Notes: a model not told the origin generated them from the sequence alone. DNA of 64,000 bases from an uncultured cyanobacterium (GCA_963706595.1 OY970166.1:5280001-5344000); one strand, 5' to 3'; counted from the first letter of the stretch, positions 50,788-60,901 are shown. Numbers and translations: made by a program.

Positions 50788-52085
50788 TTTGCATTCTCCC
50801 TAAAGATGTTATGAAACTCATTACAAATCTGGACTTGTCCAAAACCTTCAGAAGTGCGATCGCCTACTCCTTTCAGTTCCAATTCCTGCAATTTATCTAT
50901 CCAGATATCTGGTTGATTTGTACTAAATAAATATACAGCACCTCTGGTAGTAACTAATTCTATATCTTTCATCAAACCCCAAGCTGAGTTCCAGCCAGAA
51001 CGATAGTTATAACTGCTATAAGCTACTTCTAATTTGAGGAAATCGTCTTTGGCTTCGTTGGGTAGTTGTGCAAATTCATCTTCTAAACCGACAAATTCAC
51101 ATAACATTGATGGTGAAATTACTGTGGTGCGTTGCCAATTTTCCGAAAGAATTGTATCGGCTTGCAGGTCTATGGTAAAATAGGTACGGTTTTCTAAGAG
51201 GTTTTTCTCTGGTTTTCCAAACACTGACCAAAGTTGCCAGCGTGATTCTATTTTATCATTAAAGGTCGCTATTTTACTGTCAACATCTGTTACAGTATCC
51301 TCAATTTTGGCGGTGATTTCAACTTTCCCTAAACCTCTAGAAGTTGCACCACCTAAACGCAAACTGCGAGGATTTTGATTAAGGAAATTTACCAAAGATT
51401 TGGCTAATTCGGCATCCTCAATTAAAATTTCACTGCGATAAATGACAGGTTCCCAATTTTTCTCTTTCGGATTTTTAACAAAGGACTCATTTAAAACTTC
51501 AATGCTGTAAAGGATATCATCCTGTGAGGTGGCGCGTTGACGATTGATTCCTACTCTGGTTAAAAACCGTTTGCTAACAGAATGACTGCGATATTTATTA
51601 TCTTTGCAACTATAGAAACCTGCGAAGGGTTCAACTCGTGCGTCTGTGTTATCTTTTAAAGATTCTGGATCACTCGGATCGAAGGGATAATTATATGCGT
51701 CTGCACAAAAACGGTCAATTAAAGTATCAAAAACTCCGTTACCTTTGGGTAGAAAGCCAGAATTTGTTTTGGAACTGACTGCTGTGGCTGGTAAAACCAT
51801 AACATTATCAGTCACAACGCTAGAAATATTTTCAGATTTAGCTACTGCTGGATAAGCATTATGAAAAATCGCGGATTCCTCACCCAGAAATAATGCTTGA
51901 AAATCACCGCCATCTGTGGTTAAATCTTGTTCTTCAATGCCAGATAGTTGTAATATTTGAGATGCGATCGCCCCTCGAATTACAGAACCTGGAATATAGT
52001 CTTCCGCTTCACTGACAGAACCGGGTTTTTTAGTGGCGATCGCTAAAGGAGATAAAGCTGTTATTGTTAATTTAATTCGCTGCAT
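50784..52085 (-). CDS. csx10: Csx10 (Cas5-group RAMP)
   Basis: YIPGSVIRGA, TRVGINR, GGATSRGLG, GDRTSEGFG (double RAMP). Confidence 0.88.
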   Translation of the reverse strand: MQRIKLTITALSPLAIATKKPGSVSEAEDYIPGSVIRGAIASQILQLSGIEEQDLTTDGGDFQALFLGEESAIFHNAYPAVAKSENISSVVTDNVMVLPATAVSSKTNSGFLPKGNGVFDTLIDRFCADAYNYPFDPSDPESLKDNTDARVEPFAGFYSCKDNKYRSHSVSKRFLTRVGINRQRATSQDDILYSIEVLNESFVKNPKEKNWEPVIYRSEILIEDAELAKSLVNFLNQNPRSLRLGGATSRGLGKVEITAKIEDTVTDVDSKIATFNDKIESRWQLWSVFGKPEKNLLENRTYFTIDLQADTILSENWQRTTVISPSMLCEFVGLEDEFAQLPNEAKDDFLKLEVAYSSYNYRSGWNSAWGLMKDIELVTTRGAVYLFSTNQPDIWIDKLQELELKGVGDRTSEGFGQVQICNEFHNIFRENAK

Positions 52086-52794
52086 ATTTCACCTGGGGTA
52101 ACAACTTCTCCCATCCTTGATCTTCTTTTGGTAATGTGTCCAAATCTTTCCAACTCAACCAACCCAACCCAGCCGATTTACTGCCGCCTAAAGCGTGAAT
52201 ATGACGCAAAGCTGCTAAAATCAAAGCCTCGGCGTATGGTGGACATCCTGTTAATAAATGAATTTCTCCCGAAAATTCCAATTGATTATGGGGTGGAGAA
52301 GTTTCCAGAAAATAGAGTTTTTTCTCTTCTGCGATGCGACGACGGCGATTTATAGTCACACCAGGACGGATAACTTCTGGTAAATCCTCCCGTGATAGCT
52401 GACAAATCAAATCATCTACCACAATTCGAGATGGAAGTATGGGATTACCGAAGATTTGAGAAATTAAACAGTGATAGCCTTTGTAACCTTCCAATTTATA
52501 GTCAGAGTGAAATTGGCTATTTACTTGTTCTTCACTGGGACAAAGAATATCAGCTTTTGGGGATTCAAAAATTTGCCATCCTAAGCCTTTAGCCAGTTTT
52601 TCGCACTCATGGCGCAGTCTTCCTTTGAGTTGAGAACCGGGAATAATCATTCTTCCTTCGGCGTTGCGGACTATGGGTTTATCTGCGAGGGAACCATCGG
52701 AACCGCCAGCACCCACACACAAAGCACTATCAATTATGGCTGTGAGGCGAATATTTTTAACTTCAGTTGGGGGTAAGTTGCGTAAATGTATCAT
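52072..52794 (-). CDS. csm3: Csm3/Cas7 RAMP
   Basis: IPGSQLKGRLRH, PGVTINR, LGGSKSAGLG. Confidence 0.88.
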   Translation of the reverse strand: MIHLRNLPPTEVKNIRLTAIIDSALCVGAGGSDGSLADKPIVRNAEGRMIIPGSQLKGRLRHECEKLAKGLGWQIFESPKADILCPSEEQVNSQFHSDYKLEGYKGYHCLISQIFGNPILPSRIVVDDLICQLSREDLPEVIRPGVTINRRRRIAEEKKLYFLETSPPHNQLEFSGEIHLLTGCPPYAEALILAALRHIHALGGSKSAGLGWLSWKDLDTLPKEDQGWEKLLPQVKYAAN

Positions 52795-55115
52795 GGTTGC
52801 GATGTTTGTGGCTGTGATTTTTTCGGCGCAGAATCATCCTGCTTTTTAGCGATAAAGGGATATAAATCTACGATTTCTCGCCAAATAGTTTCATAGCTAA
52901 CTTTATTTTCTTCCTCTTGTAAAGACATCCACGGCGCAAGATTACCATCATTAGATTTAGCTTGACACCATGCATCCTCAAACTCTTCTTTCAGAAAATT
53001 TTGAGCTTTTTTATCACTCAATCGCACTCGGAAATAACGATAATTCAGGATAGCTGTTTGTTTTCCTTGTTCTAGTAAACTGCGGATTTGGTAAAGTTGC
53101 GATCGCGGAAATTCTGCATTTTTTAAAGCTTTCGCCGTTTCCAACAATCCCCCCAGTTCATGTAAAGTATAAGGTGCTGCATATAACTTGAGTTTTTGCT
53201 GTTTGTTGGTAAATTTAGTTAATCCCTCAGTGCGAAATTCACTAATATTAGAAGAAATCATCGTTACCGATTTCATCACCAAAAAATCTACCGTTCCCCC
53301 ATAATAATGTTTCTTCTTTAATTCCTTGGCTTGTTTTTTCGCAGATTTCAATAACTGTTCTGTCAGCTTTTCTGCATAATATATGGGTGTATCATCAGCC
53401 GTAATTAATACCCCCGTGGACATACTTAATTTACATTGATTATCTCCAGTGATTTCCTTTTCACCTTGATATCGGTGTACTTGTTTTGGGTCATAGTTTT
53501 TATCTTCTTTGTATACTTTTCCTTTACTTAACAGGATTTTTTCAAATTCTTCCCCAATTGTTTTAGCAATAGCTAATGCTTTATCTGCGGGAACAATCAG
53601 CATCACATCATCACCACCAATGGTTAAAATTTCAAAGGGATGAATCCAAACTTCCTTATCACTATTTCTTTCAGCTTGTAAAGTTGGGTTTATTTTATGG
53701 GGTGCGAGATGTTTTGTTAAAGCCGCATAAACTGAATTTTCTGTAGCTTCCCCAATATCACGACTAAAATTTTGGTAATCTTGGGGATTTTTAATTTCTT
53801 TTTGGATGTATCCACCCATATTATTACCATCTGCATAAATATAAGCAATAAAGCCAGGAGTGATACTAGCATCACCAATTTCTCTGACAGAAATAGCTTC
53901 TTTTACTCGTTCAGGATGAATCTTTTCTGAGCGAATTTTACCATAATATTTATGTGGTGTCTGATGCAAGAAAAACTCAAATTTATTCACCCAAGTTTCA
54001 ATTTCATCTCCTGGTTCCCAATTAAAACCAGCTTGCTCATACCAGTTTTTAGAATTATGATATTTTTGCTCTTTTTTAGCTATTTGTCCTACAATGCGCT
54101 TCCGGGCTAAACTTTCAGAAAACCAAGGTGCGCCAGGAAGTTCTTCGGCTTTCATGACTGCGGAACGGCGATCGCTTTCATCTCGAATTAGATAAGGATG
54201 AGTTTCAAACATTGGCGGATAACAGCGCAAAGGTCTATTGTTACCTAGCAAACTATTACCATTACGCCGTTGATTAAATAAAGATGCTAGTTTACCAGCT
54301 AATTCATTAAATGTTTTCCGTTCTTTAAAAGCTTCCTCTGGTAATTTATTCGGCTGCTCAAAGTAAGCTTTTATTAGTGGGTTTTCCTCCCAGTTATTAA
54401 CACATTTTTCTAGCCAAAATGTATCATTATTGATAGTGTTGGGCAATAATCCAAATTTAACTTCCAGGAGCTTAAATTTATCGCCAACTGCACAAGAATT
54501 AGCCGTTAATGTTTCTCCAGTATAACGTTTTTCAATGGCATTTGCCAAATCATCTACGAAAGCAGAAGGACAAAATGCTAGGATGTTTCCACCTGTAGAA
54601 TAAATAATTAATTCTGGAATGAGTGCCTTTGAAAGCCCAGGAAAATTTTCTGATTTATCTAACCATTTTTTTCTGACTTCTTGACAGTAAGTTTGAGCGC
54701 GTTGACACTGCGGATATTCTAGATTATTTTCACAACCAAAAAATGCAGGTAAATCAATTAAATTAATTCTGTCTAATAAAGCCGAAGCACCTCGGATATC
54801 TGGAAGTTTGGAAGCTTCAAATACATATTGTTTGATTTTAGTCGCACCACCATAAACTAAACCGATTTCAGAGTTCCACAGTTGGGGATATTTCTCGGTT
54901 AAATCTTTCAGTTCGGCTACTGTTTGGGGAAAATAAAAGTTTTGTAATTCTTCGACTTGTGCAACTAAATTTTGTAATTCCCCTGGTACTGCTTCCCCAA
55001 GTTTTAAAGCCTGTTGCATTTGCTGTAAAACTGGCAAATCAAACTGAGGTTGTTTCTGATTACCCCAGGCTAAACACCAAGCGATCGCAATTGTAATAGA
55101 ATTTGTATTTGTCAT
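52791..55115 (-). CDS. cas10: Cas10 large subunit, no HD domain
   Basis: KIKQYVF..SKL.DIRGAS, YADGNNMG, IGGDD palm motif. Confidence 0.93.
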   Translation of the reverse strand: MTNTNSITIAIAWCLAWGNQKQPQFDLPVLQQMQQALKLGEAVPGELQNLVAQVEELQNFYFPQTVAELKDLTEKYPQLWNSEIGLVYGGATKIKQYVFEASKLPDIRGASALLDRINLIDLPAFFGCENNLEYPQCQRAQTYCQEVRKKWLDKSENFPGLSKALIPELIIYSTGGNILAFCPSAFVDDLANAIEKRYTGETLTANSCAVGDKFKLLEVKFGLLPNTINNDTFWLEKCVNNWEENPLIKAYFEQPNKLPEEAFKERKTFNELAGKLASLFNQRRNGNSLLGNNRPLRCYPPMFETHPYLIRDESDRRSAVMKAEELPGAPWFSESLARKRIVGQIAKKEQKYHNSKNWYEQAGFNWEPGDEIETWVNKFEFFLHQTPHKYYGKIRSEKIHPERVKEAISVREIGDASITPGFIAYIYADGNNMGGYIQKEIKNPQDYQNFSRDIGEATENSVYAALTKHLAPHKINPTLQAERNSDKEVWIHPFEILTIGGDDVMLIVPADKALAIAKTIGEEFEKILLSKGKVYKEDKNYDPKQVHRYQGEKEITGDNQCKLSMSTGVLITADDTPIYYAEKLTEQLLKSAKKQAKELKKKHYYGGTVDFLVMKSVTMISSNISEFRTEGLTKFTNKQQKLKLYAAPYTLHELGGLLETAKALKNAEFPRSQLYQIRSLLEQGKQTAILNYRYFRVRLSDKKAQNFLKEEFEDAWCQAKSNDGNLAPWMSLQEEENKVSYETIWREIVDLYPFIAKKQDDSAPKKSQPQTSQP

Positions 55116-55268
55116 AGCAACTAAATTCTGCTCTCAATTTTTAAACTTCTGAAATCATCCGTTTTCCAAGTGCGATCGCCAAGGGTTCCGGAGGAATCAC
55201 CTGAGTCATATATTTGCTGTATCATACTATATAAAACACTAGAAATCACAGCAATTACTACAGAGTAT

Positions 55269-56189
55269 TTACCTATTTAAGATAATTAAATCTCTCACCC
55301 GTTTCAAGAAAGCGTGAGGAACAGTAGCAGCGTTTCCACGTAACCACGGACCAGCAGTCATCTCTAAATAAGGTTGTTCCTGATGAATGATTTCTGCTGT
55401 ACTCAGAACACTATTAATTACACCGATGGGTTTTAAATTACCACGCGCGCCACAAAATTCATGCCAAGCATCAATCGCCGCCAGTTGGGAACTGATAATC
55501 ATATAATGGGTGCAAGCCTCTAAAATCGGTAACTTTTCCGGTTGTACCATTCCGCCCACATCTACGATTACCAGAGATTTCTGTCTTCGTAACTGGAGGA
55601 TAACTTGAGAATGGTAGGGGAAAAATCGCTCTGTTAAAGAACCGCGATCGCGCGTTTTAAAAGCTTCAATTTCTGACTCAGTAGTTGTTGCTTCTAATTC
55701 TAAAAGGTAATTACCCTCACCATCCCAATGGGCGCGTTGCAGATATATCTCCGGATTTTCCGCCAACAAAGCCTGAAACAAAGCATGAGAAAACACACTT
55801 TTACCGCTATCTGGTGGTCCCACAATCATTAAAGCCGGACATAATTGTTTTTGGCGGCCATTGGGTGGTTCGATGATAATTACATCACCAATGCCAACTA
55901 AATGAGTGTGAGTAGCCACAACCACCGCACCCAAACGCGGATCATAACAAGCCACCCAAGCAGTAGGATGTAATTCGTGAGTTAAATAAGCATACAACCA
56001 AATGGGGGCGCGTCCAGAAATCACCACACCGCCAGTGGTATCAATCCCAAATGGAAGTTCTAAATTTCTCAAATCTGCTGGTTCAATCAGGCGATCGCTT
56101 TTGGTTAACGCAATTGTTAAAAATTGGTATTTCCAGCGTTGGGAAATCACCGTTTCACTTAATTGTAAACTCAATGCGGGTTCAGTCAT
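55269..56189 (-). CDS. csx3: Csx3 (Crn3) ring nuclease fused to P-loop ATPase
   Basis: GVVISGRAPIWLY, YDPRLGAVVVATH; GPPDSGKS, WDGEG, VDVGG. Confidence 0.88.
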   Translation of the reverse strand: MTEPALSLQLSETVISQRWKYQFLTIALTKSDRLIEPADLRNLELPFGIDTTGGVVISGRAPIWLYAYLTHELHPTAWVACYDPRLGAVVVATHTHLVGIGDVIIIEPPNGRQKQLCPALMIVGPPDSGKSVFSHALFQALLAENPEIYLQRAHWDGEGNYLLELEATTTESEIEAFKTRDRGSLTERFFPYHSQVILQLRRQKSLVIVDVGGMVQPEKLPILEACTHYMIISSQLAAIDAWHEFCGARGNLKPIGVINSVLSTAEIIHQEQPYLEMTAGPWLRGNAATVPHAFLKRVRDLIILNR

Positions 56190-56485
56190 CAGCCTTGGTT
56201 CCTTTGTTCTGGCGTGGGTAAATCTACATAACTGGCAACATCGATGTTTTGCGACTCCCGACTCGCTGACATCACATCACGATAATTGTCTTCTAGCAAC
56301 TTTAATAAAGAGCGTAGACGCAAAGCGGCTTGTCGCAAGACATCGCACACCCAACCCGCCGCTAAACTGCTGATAAATACCCCCACAGTACAAAGAATCA
56401 CAGAAAACAGTCCCAAAGGAGCATTAATCACTGCAACAATCCCACTGCGGTACAGTACCAGCTTTTTCGCCACAAATAAAGACAT
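56189..56485 (-). CDS. csx18: Csx18-like membrane protein, apparently internally deleted and carrying a 27-nt insert
   Basis: VAVIN-APLGL.SVI..T hydrophobic pattern; abuts csx3. Confidence 0.55.
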   Translation of the reverse strand: MSLFVAKKLVLYRSGIVAVINAPLGLFSVILCTVGVFISSLAAGWVCDVLRQAALRLRSLLKLLEDNYRDVMSASRESQNIDVASYVDLPTPEQRNQG

Positions 56486-56581
56486 AAAAACAAATGTGCT
56501 TTTTTTGAATACCCTTATTATGACATCCGTATGGAAGAGGCATCTTCTACCCATCCACCACAATGTAAATATCTTGAACCA

Positions 56582-56722
56582 GGCGACTGGAAGTCACGGC
56601 TATACAGACATGACGCGAAGCGTCTTCCCTACGGGAAGGTCCGCCTACGCGGGTTAAAAACCTTGATTTTCAGTTAGTCCGCGCAGGCGGACTTCGTTTG
56701 TGTAGCCGCGATTTTAATCGCC
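56582..56722. repeat. Palindromic dispersed element (REP/MITE-like)
   Basis: GGCGACTGGAAGTCACGGCTATACAGAC...GTTTGTGTAGCCGCGATTTTAATCGCC inverted ends; second copy at ~31374. Confidence 0.65.
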
Positions 56723-56740
56723 AAGGCTTTTCTACGTTGT

Positions 56741-56815
56741 CAACGGGTGCAATATTCGGTATTTAAGTGTCCCTTAGATGAAAAGGCGTTGACACAACAG
56801 TTAGAAAATCGCTAA
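56741..56815 (+). pseudogene. cas2: cas2 remnant
   Basis: Translation QRVQYSVFKCPLDEKALTQQLENR* matches the Cas2 signature RVQYSVFEC; located just before the array-2 leader. Confidence 0.7.
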
Positions 56816-56829
56816 GTTCTGGTAAAGTT

Positions 56830-57157
56830 CAGTGTATGAATTTTGCGGGAATACAAGTGCTGAAAGTGTTGTTTTTGCAAGCTTTCGGCACTATGTTACA
56901 GAATGTAAAGCAGTGGGAAATTTTGTCGCCGGGAGGTGGGAGGAATTACATTGAGGAACGGTTTGTGAATAAGAGTAATTTTGTGGTTTTTGACTTGACT
57001 CGTTCGTGTTTTGCTGCTAAATTAAATATATTAGCCAATTATGCTGAATTTAATTCTTCAGTTACACTACGGTTAAGGTTAGCTACATAGCGATTTCCGT
57101 AGTCCGGCGGAACAGCACCTTGAAAACTAAATATAACAACGGTTTCCACTCCATAGG
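56830..57157 (+). promoter_or_regulatory. Leader of CRISPR array 2
   Basis: AT-rich, contains CACCTTGAAAACTAAATA just before the first repeat. Confidence 0.6.
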
Positions 57158-57892
57158 GTTTTTCATAACCATTTCCCCGCAAGGGGACGGAAACTTATCC
57201 CAAATTAAGGAAATTATAGCGGGGTCGGTGTAGTGAGTTTTTCATAACCATTTCCCCGCAAGGGGACGGAAACATTCCACTGATCACGGCAATGCCTCTC
57301 CCAGACACGTTATGTTTTTCATAACCATTTCCCCGCAAGGGGATGGAAACGCAGTTACTTTGACTTGGCAAGCTCTACCTCCCATTTGACGTTTTCTATA
57401 ACCATTTCCCCGCAAGGGGACGGAAACTAAGCTTTAGGTAGCTTGGTAGCTTCTACTAAAGTGTTGTTTTTCATAACCATTTCCCCGCAAGGGGACGGAA
57501 ACCCGGGACGATGTTCTAGACAATCGTTAATGTACTCCTTGTTAGAGGTGTTTTTCATAACCATTTCCCCGCAAGGGGACGGAAACAGGTGTGAAACCGA
57601 TGTGATGAGGTATTCGTTGGTTGTCGTTTTTCATAACCATTTACCCGCAAGGGGACGGAAACCCATTCCCATTTTGGAACACGATTACCAGTTCCGCTAC
57701 GGTTTTTCATAACCATTTCCCCGCAAGGGGACGGAAACACGTTTGCATATTCGTAAACCGTTAGTTGGGTTGGTACGGTTTTCTATAACCATTTCCCCGC
57801 AAGGGGACGGAAACTACTGGAAAGCCTCAAACTCTCCAATACCTTTGCCTCTCCAGTTTTCTATAACAATTTCCCCAGAAGGGGACGGAAAC
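57158..57892 (+). CRISPR. CRISPR array 2: 10 repeats (37 nt, GTTTTTCATAACCATTTCCCCGCAAGGGGACGGAAAC), 9 spacers
   Basis: Repeats start at 57158, 57237, 57314, 57391, 57466, 57550, 57626, 57702, 57778, 57856 (last degenerate). Confidence 0.97.
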
Positions 57893-57932
57893 GCTATTTC
57901 CGAGAAGATGTTATATTTTGTTAGTAAGTTAG

Positions 57933-58124
57933 TAGGACTTACGCACTGTACAAATTAATCATGGTATAATGTTGCCAAAATAGCCAATTTCCGGCTTTGA
58001 ACAATGATGATGTTGATAGTAAATATACCCGTGTGGTAGGGGTTTAGCATTGCTAAACCCATACGAAATATGTGCTTTTTAGCGTCATACATATTTAGGG
58101 TTTATTGTCAATAGGTAACTTCTC
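57933..58124. mobile_element. Degenerate MITE-like element
   Basis: Left end TAGGACTTACGCA, decayed right end TAGGTAACTTCTC, internal palindrome GGGTTTAGCATTGCTAAACCC. Confidence 0.45.
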
Positions 58125-58158
58125 GTTAGTTGTAAAAGTACGAAAACAATACAAATTG

Positions 58159-59154
58159 ATGAACAAACATTTTATCTCTAAAAATCTTTCTTTTCTGATT
58201 GTAGGGTTGTTAGGCACTGTGGCGATCGCCTCTAACAACTATCCCGTTAAAGCAAACACTCCTCCTGCCATTATTGCTCAAGCTAGTAGCCAGCAAAAAA
58301 TCAGAATCGCCGTCTTGGATTTTGACTATAGCGCCTTAAGTAACCCTCAATGGTTATTAAATATTTTTGGCGGTAGTGCTAAAGGTGTCAGTGACGTATT
58401 GGTGAATCGTTTAGTAGATTCAGAAAAATATCGAGTAATAGAAAGAAGTCGTCTGGATGCGGTATTAACAGAACAAAACTTAGGTGCTAGTGGCAGAGTT
58501 GATGCTAGCACAGCGGCCGAAATTGGTCGTTTATTAGGAGTTGAGGTAGTTATTATTGGTTCAGTTACTCAATTTGATATTCAAAAAAAAGGATCAAGTT
58601 TTGGTTTATTTGGTGTTAACGTCGGTGGACAAACTACACAAGCTCTTGTCTCTTTAAATGTGCGAGCAGTTAACACCACCACTGGTGAAATCATTATGGG
58701 TGCAGAAGGTAGCGGTGTTGGCACTCAAAAAGATGATCAGGTTTATGTTTTTGGCATGGGAGGCGGTACAACTACCAGTAATGAAGGTAAATTGTTATCT
58801 GTAGCCACTCAAAAAGCCGTAGAACAACTTATTGGCGAGATAGACAATAAAAATGATAAATTAGCCGCAGTTCCCAAAGTATTACCCCGTGTAAATGCAG
58901 TAGTTGCCGACATTAGTGCTGGTACGATTATTCTGAATAAAGGTTCAAGTGACGGCTATCGTGCAGGAATGAAGGTTTCCATCGAAAGAGTAGGTAAGGA
59001 AATAAAAGATCCAGAAACAGGGAAAGTAATCCGTCGTTTAACTACTCCCATTGGAGTTGTGGAATTGCATGATGTGGATGCGTCTTCTAGTGTTGGTAAA
59101 ATTGTTTCTGGTAATGGTTTTCAAGTAGGTGATATGGCTTCTCCCACAGAATAG
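58159..59154 (+). CDS. CsgG/HfaB family protein with FlgT-like C-terminal domain
   Basis: Signal peptide, RIAVLDFD, VIERSRLDAVLTEQ, GSVTQF. Confidence 0.85.
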   Translation: MNKHFISKNLSFLIVGLLGTVAIASNNYPVKANTPPAIIAQASSQQKIRIAVLDFDYSALSNPQWLLNIFGGSAKGVSDVLVNRLVDSEKYRVIERSRLDAVLTEQNLGASGRVDASTAAEIGRLLGVEVVIIGSVTQFDIQKKGSSFGLFGVNVGGQTTQALVSLNVRAVNTTTGEIIMGAEGSGVGTQKDDQVYVFGMGGGTTTSNEGKLLSVATQKAVEQLIGEIDNKNDKLAAVPKVLPRVNAVVADISAGTIILNKGSSDGYRAGMKVSIERVGKEIKDPETGKVIRRLTTPIGVVELHDVDASSSVGKIVSGNGFQVGDMASPTE

Positions 59155-59171
59155 GAAATAAAAATTAAGAG

Positions 59172-59268
59172 GTTTTTCATAACCACTTCCCCGCAAGGGG
59201 ACGAAAACAAATACACTTAAACTTCCCTGTGAAGATTTCTTGAGGTTTTTCATCACCTTCTAAGAAAC
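59172..59268 (+). CRISPR. Mini-array: one array-2-type repeat, a 36-nt spacer and a truncated repeat
   Basis: GTTTTTCATAACCACTTCCCCGCAAGGGGACGAAAAC at 59172-59208; GTTTTTCATCACC...GAAAC at 59245-59268. Confidence 0.8.
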
Positions 59269-59458
59269 GAGATTGTCAAACCGGATTGCTATATAGCACT
59301 TCCCGGTGTTATGAGGTACAAAGACCCCACCCCCAACCCCCTCCCCGCAAGCGAGGAGGGGGCTATGATTTGCACAGAGAGATCCTGTTAAGAACATTGT
59401 TTAATAATATTGTGTAATCTTGTAAACACACCAAACCATATTATCCGCCACATCAGTT

Positions 59459-60901
59459 ATGCTGCAAGCCATCCGTTCGCCCACACCGCAAATTTTACAC
59501 TGGTTAGCAGCCGGACAACTAGCTAACCGCTTCCACCGCGCCATTAGACACTGGTGGATATTAAATCAACTATATGGCGGCGAGACAAAATGGGGGCATG
59601 ATCTACCCAAGTATTTTACCTATTCTCAACTGCGCGATCGCCTGTTTGCCGAAACACACCCCAAAAGCGAAAAACTCGAACCCCCAGAAATCACCGCCAA
59701 ATGTCGCGACTTCACCTGTATTTGCCATCGCACCTGTGTAGAAATTCTGCAAACATCAGGACTGCACATATCTGAAAACCAATGGCAAACAGAAATATTA
59801 CAACTAAGCGGTATAAATCTGCAACACCTCCAAGCACAACTACAGCAAAGACCCTTCGCCACAGTTCACCGTTCCCTCAGAGATGACCTTAAACAGCTAA
59901 CTCATTTAGGATGGTTGCAAAAAGTCAGTCAAGGACAATACCAATGTCTGTCCCAAACAGAACTACCCAAACCCCCAGAAATTTCCACCGCCCAAACCAG
60001 CTTTACTCAACTTTCCATCCCCCAAACCTGGGAACTGCTGCACGTCTTAGAATCAGTCGCCTTTATCCAACCCAACTTAAACCTGATTGTCGAAAACCTG
60101 TGGGAACAAATCACCGATAATTCCGCCTCACCACTAACTCAAGCGCCGCAACAGCGCATATTTCTACACTTAGACTATATCCTCTCTACAGAAACCCAAG
60201 ACCAAGTAGATAACTACCAAGAACAAATAGAACAACTGTGGCGAAAAACTCGCGGTGGCGTAGTGCAATTTGACTACTGGGTGACAGCAGATAAAAAAGT
60301 TCAAATCACAGTGTATCCTGTTTGTCTGCATTACCTCCGCCGTGCCAAATACCTCAGCGCCTATGGTTTAGACCCCCAAAACAATATAGCCTGGCATAAT
60401 TATCGCCTAGACCGCATCGCGTCGCCAAAACTAAAGGTTTTACCCTGGGGAGATCCTGGTGTTCCCAAGCCATTAAAACAAATGTGGTATACAGGCGAAT
60501 TACCCACACCAGACTACATTCAAACCGAATTAGATGCAGCTTGGGGATTTAACTTTTACCTCCAACGAGAATTTCTCATCTTGCGTTTTCCCCCCGCCTT
60601 TGCTAGTCGATATGTGGACAATACTTTTCGCCATCCTTCCTTTAGTGCAATTCCTTACGAAAATTTACCCAAACAGATAGTGCAGAATATCCCAGAAATT
60701 GAACAGCAAAAGGTTTTAGAAATATTGCAACAAAAACCCCATAGTGATGCTTATTATATAGGTTGGATACGCACTGGAGATATTAACGTTTTGATGCGTC
60801 TGCGAGACTGGCGACCAAATGGTGAAGTAATCGCCCCATTATCAATTCGGCAGCAATTACGAAAAGAAGCAATACAAGAATTGTCTAATTATCAAGACTG
60901 A
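59459..60901 (+). CDS. CRISPR-associated WYL-domain protein (TIGR03985-like)
   Basis: VYPVCLHYLRRAKYLSAYG, WHNYRLDRI, AWGFNFY, EVIAPLSIRQ. Confidence 0.87.
   Translation: MLQAIRSPTPQILHWLAAGQLANRFHRAIRHWWILNQLYGGETKWGHDLPKYFTYSQLRDRLFAETHPKSEKLEPPEITAKCRDFTCICHRTCVEILQTSGLHISENQWQTEILQLSGINLQHLQAQLQQRPFATVHRSLRDDLKQLTHLGWLQKVSQGQYQCLSQTELPKPPEISTAQTSFTQLSIPQTWELLHVLESVAFIQPNLNLIVENLWEQITDNSASPLTQAPQQRIFLHLDYILSTETQDQVDNYQEQIEQLWRKTRGGVVQFDYWVTADKKVQITVYPVCLHYLRRAKYLSAYGLDPQNNIAWHNYRLDRIASPKLKVLPWGDPGVPKPLKQMWYTGELPTPDYIQTELDAAWGFNFYLQREFLILRFPPAFASRYVDNTFRHPSFSAIPYENLPKQIVQNIPEIEQQKVLEILQQKPHSDAYYIGWIRTGDINVLMRLRDWRPNGEVIAPLSIRQQLRKEAIQELSNYQD

Noticed and set aside
56836..57090. 84-aa ORF before array 2
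   Set aside because: Falls in the AT-rich leader; no recognisable protein features.
59209..59244. Mini-array spacer matching 56762-56770 (TTTAAGTGT)
   Set aside because: Only 9 nt of complementarity in AT-rich DNA; expected by chance.
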